Below, in pieces: positions 15,877 to 22,951 of a stretch of 32,000 nucleotides of DNA. The position numbers and the translations under genes were made by a program. Below the pieces are notes generated by a model. The model searched no databases. It saw nothing but the letters and a program-made list of their open reading frames with translations, and had not been told where the DNA came from. Origin of the DNA: Candidatus Saccharimonadota bacterium (GTDB lineage: Bacteria; Patescibacteriota; Gracilibacteria; UBA4473); assembly GCA_020632335.1 (NCBI GenBank), contig JACKFV010000001.1:30001-62000 (forward strand), in the 5' to 3' direction. The number at the start of each line of letters is the position of its first letter. Position 1 is the stretch's first letter.

Positions 15877-18537
15877 ATGCCCCACTCGACACTTCTTGGC
15901 GGCTTTTCTACACTAGATGGCGTAACTTCCCCTCTCATGCAGTACCGCTTTCTCGGCTTTCTCATAATGGCTACACCGCTACTGACGAGCACCGCTTTCG
16001 CGCTCAAGCTGGCCGCGCCATTTGTTCCTACGGTGGAGCAGTCTGCCACGGGTACCTTTAGCGATATCCTCGACGGGCACCCCTTCAGCAGCTCCATCGA
16101 GTACCTCTACAGCCATCATATCATCGACGGCTATGATGATGGGCTCTTCCGCCCCGGGCAGCGGGTCAACCGGGCGGAGTTCACTAAGATGGTCTATGGC
16201 TACATAAATGACACGCCCAAGGGAGAGGATTGCTTCCCCGATGTGACGGACGAGTGGTTTGCGCCGTACGTCTGTAGTGCGCTGCAGGACGGCATTGTGG
16301 AGGGCTACGACGATGGGCTCTTCCACCCGGAGAATTACATCACCCTGGCCGAAGCGGCCAAAATCATCGCCAGTACCTACGCGCTCCAGGGGCGAGACAC
16401 GGGTGACGTCTGGTACGCGCCCTATGTGAGCGCTCTGGCGGACGCTCATGCGCTGCCGCTCTCTATAGATCAGCTCGATCGGCCACTGCGCCGAGATGAG
16501 GTGGCGGAGATCCTCGGGCGGCTGATGGAGAAAAACAGTACAAAAAACAGCCAGACGCTCACCGCCCTTACCGACCCCATCGGCACCGTGAGTAGCTGTA
16601 GCGCGCTGCTGGAGATGATGGACGCGCCGAATAACTACACCGCCAACCGCTATGGTATGGCCTATGGTATGGGGGTGGAGAGCCTCATAGATATGGCTGC
16701 GGATACCAGTATGATGCAGAGAACCGCTGCTCCTGCCATGGTAGCCATGGAGAGCGAGAGCGCCAAGAATGCCGTAGCGAGCGACGACTACTCCACCACT
16801 AACGTGCAGGTGGAGGGCGTGGACGAGGCCGATACCATCAAGACGGACGGGAAGTACCTCTATGTCATCAGCCAGAGTACGGTGCAGATCATAGAGGCGC
16901 TTCCCGCGGCCGATATGCAGGTGGTCAGCACGTTGGAGTGGGGGGAAAGCTTCTACCCTACTGAGCTCTATGTGAGTGAGCACCGCCTGGTGGTGGTGGG
17001 CAATAGCGCGGGATTCTATGACGGGAGGGGCATCATGGAAGACACCGTGACCCCCTGGGACGTGCCCGAGGCCTCGCTCATCGCTCCGCCACGGTATAAC
17101 CGCGAGAAGACCCGCGTGTACATCTACGACACGAGTAATGCCAGCGCGCCGCAAGAGATAGAGAACTACGCCTTTGAGGGAAATTACCAGACTTCTCGGC
17201 GGCTGGGAGAGCACCTCTACCTGGTGATGAACCGCTACGCTGACCCGGTCATCATGCCCTACTGGCGAGACCAATACCCCCGGGTGATGGAGGGTATGCC
17301 TGCCCCAGAGCGGGAGAACACCCCACAGGTGGATCTGCCCCTCTACCAGCGGGGCGACGAGGAGCTGCAGCTCATTGCTCCCTGTAGTGGCATCCGCTAT
17401 CTGCCCGGGAATCACTACCAGAACTACCTCATCGTGGCGGCTATCAACATAGAGACCCCCACGCTGCGCCCCCAGACGGAGGTTTTCCTCGGCCAGGCGG
17501 AGACGGTCTATGTGAATGCGGAGAACCTGTACGTGGCGCTGCCCATGTATAACCAGGCCCTCTACACCGACTGGAACTACGAAAAGGACGAGGCGCGGCA
17601 GAAGACCATGCTGTTCCGGTTTGCGCTGGAGGACGGCGCCCCCGAGCTGCAGGCCAAGGGCTATGCGGAGGGGTCACTCCTGAACCAGTTCAGCCTGGAC
17701 GAGTACCAGGGGGCTCTGCGTGTAGCCACGCACATCAATGACTGGGACAGCCGCCAGAGCATCCAGACCAATAATGTCTTCACCTACAACGCCAGTGACC
17801 TCACACCCCTGGGGAGCATCCGTGATATTGCCCCTGGGGAGAGCATCTACAGCACGCGGTTTATGGGCGAGAAGCTCTATATGGTGACCTTCCAGCAGGT
17901 GGATCCGCTCTTTGTCATCGACCTGCAGGACCCGAAAAAGCCCGCTATCCTCGGGAAGCTGAAGATCCCCGGCTACTCCAACTACCTCCACCCGTATGAC
18001 GACACGCATCTCATCGGCTTTGGGAAGGACGCCGTGGCGGCTAAAGACAGTGACTTTGCGTGGTACCAGGGGATGAAAGTGGCGATCTTCGACGTGAGTG
18101 ATGTGGAGCACCCCGTCCAGATGCACGAGGTTGTGATCGGTGACCGAGGGACTGACTCTGAACTGCTCTATAACCACAAGGCGCTGCTCTTTGACAAATC
18201 ACGAGATCTGCTGGCCTTCCCCATCACCGTGGCGCAAGTCAAGGACCGCACAGCGCAGTACAGCGGCCAGGAGGAAGCGAGCATCTATGGCGAGACGGTC
18301 TTCCAGGGGGCGCACGTGTACAATATCAACCTGAAGGACGGCATCACGCCGCGAGGGGAGATCACCCACTACAGCGAGGAAGATATGCTGAAAATGGGCG
18401 ACTATTACCCCTATGACTACGAGAAGAATATCCAGCGCATCGTGCGGATAGACAACGTGCTCTATACACTCAGCCCTGGCGCGGTATATGCCACTGACGG
18501 CACCACGATGCAGACGCTCAGCCACGTAGACCTCTAG
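15877..18537 (+). CDS. Secreted SLH-domain (x3) protein with a C-terminal beta-propeller domain
   Basis: Three SLH-like repeats: FSDI..HPFSSSIEYLYSHHIIDGYDDGLFRPGQRVNRAEFTKMV; FPDV..WFAPYVCSALQDGIVEGYDDGLFHPENYITLAEAAKII; WYAPYVSALADAHAL..LRRDEVAEIL. Then YSTTNVQVEGVDEADTIKTDGKYLYVIS.., typical of the secreted 'beta-propeller domain' family. Start ATG 15877 has AAGGGGA 6 nt upstream; ATG 15937 (MQYRFLGFLIMATPLLTSTAFA) is an alternative. Confidence 0.8.
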   Translation: MPHSTLLGGFSTLDGVTSPLMQYRFLGFLIMATPLLTSTAFALKLAAPFVPTVEQSATGTFSDILDGHPFSSSIEYLYSHHIIDGYDDGLFRPGQRVNRAEFTKMVYGYINDTPKGEDCFPDVTDEWFAPYVCSALQDGIVEGYDDGLFHPENYITLAEAAKIIASTYALQGRDTGDVWYAPYVSALADAHALPLSIDQLDRPLRRDEVAEILGRLMEKNSTKNSQTLTALTDPIGTVSSCSALLEMMDAPNNYTANRYGMAYGMGVESLIDMAADTSMMQRTAAPAMVAMESESAKNAVASDDYSTTNVQVEGVDEADTIKTDGKYLYVISQSTVQIIEALPAADMQVVSTLEWGESFYPTELYVSEHRLVVVGNSAGFYDGRGIMEDTVTPWDVPEASLIAPPRYNREKTRVYIYDTSNASAPQEIENYAFEGNYQTSRRLGEHLYLVMNRYADPVIMPYWRDQYPRVMEGMPAPERENTPQVDLPLYQRGDEELQLIAPCSGIRYLPGNHYQNYLIVAAINIETPTLRPQTEVFLGQAETVYVNAENLYVALPMYNQALYTDWNYEKDEARQKTMLFRFALEDGAPELQAKGYAEGSLLNQFSLDEYQGALRVATHINDWDSRQSIQTNNVFTYNASDLTPLGSIRDIAPGESIYSTRFMGEKLYMVTFQQVDPLFVIDLQDPKKPAILGKLKIPGYSNYLHPYDDTHLIGFGKDAVAAKDSDFAWYQGMKVAIFDVSDVEHPVQMHEVVIGDRGTDSELLYNHKALLFDKSRDLLAFPITVAQVKDRTAQYSGQEEASIYGETVFQGAHVYNINLKDGITPRGEITHYSEEDMLKMGDYYPYDYEKNIQRIVRIDNVLYTLSPGAVYATDGTTMQTLSHVDL

Positions 18538-18570
18538 TGTTTCTCGGCTATATACCAGACTGATAGAAAG

Positions 18571-18590
18571 CCCCACTCCGGTGGGGTTTT
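18571..18590 (+). terminator. Rho-independent terminator after the beta-propeller gene
   Basis: CCCCAC-tccg-GTGGGG, a perfect 6-bp stem, followed by TTTT. Confidence 0.75.
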
Positions 18591-18604
18591 CAAAAGCCTC
18601 TCCC

Positions 18605-18632
18605 TTGCCAGGCGATTCTCTGCCCCTAGACT
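18605..18632 (+). promoter_or_regulatory. Putative leaderless promoter of recG: TTGCCA-16-TAGACT, then 7 nt to the ATG
   Basis: TTGCCA (18605..18610), 16-nt spacer, TAGACT (18627..18632), gap AGCAGTA, ATG 18640. Confidence 0.5.
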
Positions 18633-18639
18633 AGCAGTA

Positions 18640-20679
18640 ATGCAGCTCTCCACACCGCTCCGAGACGCCCTCAGCACTACCGAGAAACACTACGCCCAGC
18701 TGGAGAAAATGGGCCTTCTCACCGTGAAGGACCTGCTGCTGCACTTCCCCTCACGGGTAGAGAATATGGCTAGCCTCAGCCGCCTCAGCGACATCCAGGT
18801 AGATACCAAGACCACCCTCACCGCTACGCTCAGTGACGTACAGCGCCAGCCTACTCGCACCGGCAGGCAGCTCTACAAGGCGCTGGTGACCCTCTCCAGT
18901 GGAGAGACGCTCGAGGCCGTGTGGTTCAATGCGCCACCGTATAACCTGCGCACCCTTCCCGAGGACCGCCCGGTACGGCTCATCGGTAAGGTGAGCTACC
19001 GCTATGGCACGTGGCAGATAGCCGCGCCGGAGATCCACACTGAGGAGAACGAGCACACCGAATCGCTGCGGCCCCTCTACCCCGAGAGCGGTAAGATCAT
19101 CACCAGCCACTGGCTGCGAGGGAAGATCCCTGCGCTGCTGCCGCTGGCTGATGCTTTGCAAGACCCCGTCCCCGAGCCTATCCGCCGCACTCTGGGGCTC
19201 TACAGCCTGCCCTACAGCGTGCGCGCCATGCACCGCCCTGCCTCCCCCAGCACTTGGGCACTGGCCCGGAGCTCTCTGGGGTTTGCCGAGCTCTTCCTCC
19301 TGCAGCTGCGGGTGATGAAGGCCAAGGCCGAGCGCACGACGCTGTCGCCCTCGCGTTATCGTTTTGACTTCAATGTAGAGGCCGTGCAGGAGAGCCTCAT
19401 GCGCTTGCCCTTTGCGCTGACCCATGACCAGAAGCGCGCTCTGCATGCTATCCTTAAGGATTTTGCGTCTCCGGAGGCTGCCCGGCGGCTCATCCAGGGT
19501 GATGTGGGCAGTGGGAAGACGGTGGTGTGCTTCCTCGCGGCCGAGCAAATGCTGCAGCAGGGCGGCCAGGTGGCGCTCTTGGCCCCGACGGAAATCCTCG
19601 CCTCTCAGCACTACGAGAAGGCCGTGGAGCACTTCTCGGCCATTGGGGTCACGGTGGAGCTGCTCATCGGCGCGCTGAGTGTGAGTGAGAAGACCCGTAT
19701 ACGCACGGGGCTGGCCAATGGGCAGGTGCGCCTGGTGGTGGGGACTCATGCCCTGCTGACGGAGGATACCGAGTTCCGGAGCCTGGGGATGGCGTGTATA
19801 GACGAGCAGCACCGCTTTGGCGTGCGGCAACGGGCCGTGCTGGAGGCCACCGGGGCGCATATCATCAGCCTGAGCGCTACCCCCATCCCTCGCTCGCTGG
19901 CCCTTACCGTCTATGGCGAGCAGGACCTCAGCACTATTCGGCAGCTGCCCCCGGGGCGTAAACCGGCCATTACGCGACTCATCACTAGCGGCACGCACTA
20001 TCAGAAGATGCTGCAATTTATAGAAGACCAGCGGCTAAAGGGCCACCAGATCTTTTGGGTATGCCCACTGATCAATGAGAGTGAGAGCGACACCCTGGCT
20101 GATGTGCGGCACGTCACGGGTCAGTACCAGCGCCTACAGGCCGAGCTCTTCCCTCAGGCGCGCCTGGGGCTGCTACACGGGCAGATGAAGAGTAGTGAGA
20201 AAGAGGAGGTCATGCGCTGCTTCCAGCGCGGAGAGACAGATATCCTCGTGAGCACGAGTGTGATAGAGGTGGGGGTAGACATCTCCAACGCGACGGTGAT
20301 GGTGATAGAAAATAGCGAGCGCTTTGGCCTCAGCCAGCTGCACCAGTTCCGCGGGAGGATAGGGCGCAGTAGCCTGCAGAGCTATTGCTTCCTCCTGGTG
20401 GGGAAGACGCACCAGCGAGACACCCCGCGCCTGCGATATATGGAGCAGAGCACTGACGGCTTCTTCTTGGCCGAAAAAGACATGGAGCTGCGCGGCATGG
20501 GGGAGCTCTATGGCACGAGGCAGAGCGGCCTGCCGGACTTCAAGTGCGCGGATATCACGGATACAGATACCATCCTCCAGGCGCAGCAGTACGCCTTGGA
20601 GGTACTCACGGCCGACCCGACCCTCGCACACCACCCGGCGCTGGCCCATCACGTAGCCACGCACGAGGTATTCTTCTAG
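18640..20679 (+). CDS. recG: ATP-dependent DNA helicase RecG
   Basis: 679 aa. Wedge/OB N-terminal region, then LTHDQKRALHAI.., Walker A GDVGSGKTVV, DEQHRFGV, helicase C motifs (VSTSVIEVGVD, QLHQFRGRIGR) and the TRG-like motif GTRQSG. Confidence 0.92.
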   Translation: MQLSTPLRDALSTTEKHYAQLEKMGLLTVKDLLLHFPSRVENMASLSRLSDIQVDTKTTLTATLSDVQRQPTRTGRQLYKALVTLSSGETLEAVWFNAPPYNLRTLPEDRPVRLIGKVSYRYGTWQIAAPEIHTEENEHTESLRPLYPESGKIITSHWLRGKIPALLPLADALQDPVPEPIRRTLGLYSLPYSVRAMHRPASPSTWALARSSLGFAELFLLQLRVMKAKAERTTLSPSRYRFDFNVEAVQESLMRLPFALTHDQKRALHAILKDFASPEAARRLIQGDVGSGKTVVCFLAAEQMLQQGGQVALLAPTEILASQHYEKAVEHFSAIGVTVELLIGALSVSEKTRIRTGLANGQVRLVVGTHALLTEDTEFRSLGMACIDEQHRFGVRQRAVLEATGAHIISLSATPIPRSLALTVYGEQDLSTIRQLPPGRKPAITRLITSGTHYQKMLQFIEDQRLKGHQIFWVCPLINESESDTLADVRHVTGQYQRLQAELFPQARLGLLHGQMKSSEKEEVMRCFQRGETDILVSTSVIEVGVDISNATVMVIENSERFGLSQLHQFRGRIGRSSLQSYCFLLVGKTHQRDTPRLRYMEQSTDGFFLAEKDMELRGMGELYGTRQSGLPDFKCADITDTDTILQAQQYALEVLTADPTLAHHPALAHHVATHEVFF

Positions 20680-21977
20680 AGCGCGCTGGTGTAGGTGACT
20701 TCCACCGTGTTCTCGCTGTAGTAGTACTTACCGATGTACTGCATGGTGTGGCTCTTGCCGCTGAACCAGATGAAGTCGCCGTCCCGCTTACCGAATTGGT
20801 CTGCGCAGTAGTCGCCCTCTGGGGTCATGAGGAATTCTTGCGCGGTGTCATAGCGGAGGATCTGCCCGCAGTTGTCGGGGCTATGCGGCGCTATGGCGAG
20901 GAAAAGTTCCCCCTCTGAGGAGTAGCACGCCTCGTAGTCTAGGCTCTCCCCACCAGTGATGAAAGAGCTGTCACACCCCGCAGCCGTCAGCCGGCAGCTA
21001 CGCATATACTCGGCCAGTGGCGGGTATTGCTTCTCGTAGAGCTTCTCTAGCGATGCCATCCAGGGCTCGGCGGCGTAGGTTTCTCGCGTACCGCAGTAGT
21101 CAAAGGTGTACTCTGGCAGCGCATTGGCGAGCGGATCTGGGGGGTCTGCCAGTGTAAACTGGCACGTTGCCACGCACATGAGGATGCACACCGCCGCGTC
21201 CTCATCATGCCGGCAGGGTGAGGCACAGTCGTTGAAACTCCCTCCCCAGGTACTACAGAAGCTCTCATCGCCATACTCACACTCGCTGTAGGCCGAGAGC
21301 CAGTTCCCTCCCGCTGCCACGCACGCGCTGGCTACGGCCTCTGCCTCGGTGCTGCTCAGGGGGTTTGTAGCTGCCGCCGGTGGGGTGATGATACTGCCAA
21401 ACTGCCCTTGCTGCCGCATCCTCGCGATGAGAAAGGCCATCTCGGCCCGAGTCACAGAGGCGTCCGGCATGGTGATGGAGGGCGGCCGCAGCCCGCTAGC
21501 CTGCAAGACCGACGTATACGGCGTATACCACGTGCTGGCCTGGGTGAGGTCTGGGCTGAGCGATGCAGCCGCTTGCACGAGGATTTTGGCCGCTTCAGCG
21601 TAGTTTATCGGGTTGCTGGGGCGGAAGCTCCCATCCGGGTAGCCATCCACCAGGCCCGCACACACCGCCGCCTGCACAGACGCCGCGTACCAGGCGCTCT
21701 GGTCAGTGTCGCTAAAGGGTTTGCTGGTGGTACAGCGCTCATCAGCGGTTTCCTCGGTAGAGGCCGTCTGTAGCATCTTGAGAAACTCCACGCGGTTCAC
21801 CTGCTCTGTGGGGCGATACGTCCCATCGCTATAGCCCTGCACAATGCCCTCCTCCTGCAGGTAGTGGATCTCATTGGCGTAGTCATCGCGGATGTCTACG
21901 TCTGTAAAGGCCGCCATCGCGAGGCTCGCCGGCCCCAGACTCCCCATGATGCCGAGAGAAAAGAAACACCACTTCAT
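20676..21977 (-). CDS. Secreted SLH-domain (x3) protein with a Cys-rich C-terminal domain of unknown function
   Basis: Start ATG 21977 (MKWCFFSLGIMGSLGPASLAMA, signal peptide). SLH repeats: FTDV..YANEIHYLQEEGIVQGYSDGTYRPTEQVNRVEFLKML; FSDT..WYAASVQAAVCAGLVDGYPDGSFRPSNPINYAEAAKIL; WYTPYTSVL..VTRAEMAFLIARM. The C-terminal ~230 aa carry about 18 Cys and match no motif I recognise. Confidence 0.75.
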   Translation of the reverse strand: MKWCFFSLGIMGSLGPASLAMAAFTDVDIRDDYANEIHYLQEEGIVQGYSDGTYRPTEQVNRVEFLKMLQTASTEETADERCTTSKPFSDTDQSAWYAASVQAAVCAGLVDGYPDGSFRPSNPINYAEAAKILVQAAASLSPDLTQASTWYTPYTSVLQASGLRPPSITMPDASVTRAEMAFLIARMRQQGQFGSIITPPAAATNPLSSTEAEAVASACVAAGGNWLSAYSECEYGDESFCSTWGGSFNDCASPCRHDEDAAVCILMCVATCQFTLADPPDPLANALPEYTFDYCGTRETYAAEPWMASLEKLYEKQYPPLAEYMRSCRLTAAGCDSSFITGGESLDYEACYSSEGELFLAIAPHSPDNCGQILRYDTAQEFLMTPEGDYCADQFGKRDGDFIWFSGKSHTMQYIGKYYYSENTVEVTYTSAL

Positions 21978-22023
21978 GGTCGTTAGTATGCGTATAGTGG
22001 CAGAGAACACAACTGTAGACCGC

Positions 22024-22051
22024 TTGACAGGAGTAGCTGCCACAATATTTT
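22024..22051 (+). promoter_or_regulatory. Putative promoter in the AT-rich island: TTGACA-16-TATTTT
   Basis: Perfect -35 TTGACA (22024..22029), 16-nt spacer, TATTTT (22046..22051). It points toward the small ORF at 22127. The -10 overlaps the 14-bp palindrome. Confidence 0.35.
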
Positions 22052-22059
22052 GCAAAATA
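22046..22059. repeat. Perfect 14-bp palindrome TATTTTGCAAAATA (candidate operator)
   Basis: The sequence is identical to its own reverse complement. It lies about 70-80 nt upstream of the SLH/Cys-rich gene start and overlaps the plus-strand -10 candidate. Confidence 0.5.
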
Positions 22060-22126
22060 AAGGTGTCCTCGGGACTGGGCAAGAAGAGTTGCGCTCGCAT
22101 CTTATAAAAGTAGCCTATACGAGGCC

Positions 22127-22282
22127 ATGCCACGCATAACCCGCCAGATCACAGAAGACGGACTAGAACTGATGGGGGTACACTGGGAGAGTAAGCAGCA
22201 TGATATAGGCTATATCTTTGGGCATAATCGAGGGTATTCTTTTATGAACGACATCCATAAAGATCTGGTGCTCCTGTACTAA
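22127..22282 (+). CDS. Candidate small ORF (51 aa) with atypical A/T-ending codon usage; function unknown
   Basis: Hand translation: MPRITRQITEDGLELMGVHWESKQHDIGYIFGHNRGYSFMNDIHKDLVLLY*. Too short for the ORF track. TATACG sits 5 nt upstream of the ATG, the leaderless-like geometry seen elsewhere. No homology recognised, so it may be non-coding. Confidence 0.3.
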   Translation: MPRITRQITEDGLELMGVHWESKQHDIGYIFGHNRGYSFMNDIHKDLVLLY

Positions 22283-22313
22283 TAAACCTCTCAAGGATAA
22301 GGACGGTTAACGA

Positions 22314-22397
22314 TGGTGCACAGGAGAGGACTCGAACCTCCACGCCGTAAGGCACTGGTTCCTAAGACCAGCGTGTATACCATTTCACCACCTGTGC
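22314..22397 (-). tRNA. tRNA-Leu (anticodon UAG), class II with long variable arm, CCA encoded
   Basis: Hand-folded from the reverse complement: GCACAGG TG GTG-AAATGGTAT-ACAC G CTGGT-CTTAGGA-ACCAG TGCCTTACGGCGT GGAGG-TTCGAGT-CCTCT CCTGTGC A CCA. 84 nt. Confidence 0.88.
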
Positions 22398-22414
22398 ACG
22401 CTGCTGAGAGCTTT

Positions 22415-22951
22415 CTACTCCAGTGGGAGGAAACTGTCAACTATGCTCTGGCACGTCCCGGCGGTGCTCGCGGCTAATTCTCGGCAACTGGCCAGCAGCA
22501 CAATGCCATCCTCCGCCTGGGTGTAGGCCCGCTGCACAAACCTCTCTAACGGGTCTGTGGCCATATACCGCGCGGTGAGGATCCAGTAGTCTGGCGCCTC
22601 ATACTCGGTAGTTACGTCCAGCAGCGCCGCGTGGAAGCCCGCCCGTATGCGCGCGCTGTCCACCACTGTGGCGTCCTCCTGCACCATCACCAGCTGCTCG
22701 CCATTCGGCCCCAGCGCTGCCACCACTCCGCCGTCCGTCAGCGCAGCGTTTTCTTCCGTCCAGCTGGTGGGGAGGAGTATCTGGTACGTCCCCTGCCCTA
22801 CTAGGAATCGCAGCGCCGTACTCTCAGCAGCTACACTCGCGCTCTCTGCCGAGGGGTCATCGGCGCTGGTGTCACTCGTGTCGCTGCTGCCACAGCCGAG
22901 AAGCAGTACGCTTAGCAGCAGTACAAAGCCGTATCTAGAGAACCGTCGCAT
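22415..22951 (-). CDS. Lipoprotein, unknown function
   Basis: [24 protein letters not shown] has lipobox L-L-G-C, followed by an acidic S/T/D linker and a ~140-aa globular domain. Its start overlaps the pheT 3' end by 17 nt. Confidence 0.7.
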   Translation of the reverse strand: MRRFSRYGFVLLLSVLLLGCGSSDTSDTSADDPSAESASVAAESTALRFLVGQGTYQILLPTSWTEENAALTDGGVVAALGPNGEQLVMVQEDATVVDSARIRAGFHAALLDVTTEYEAPDYWILTARYMATDPLERFVQRAYTQAEDGIVLLASCRELAASTAGTCQSIVDSFLPLE

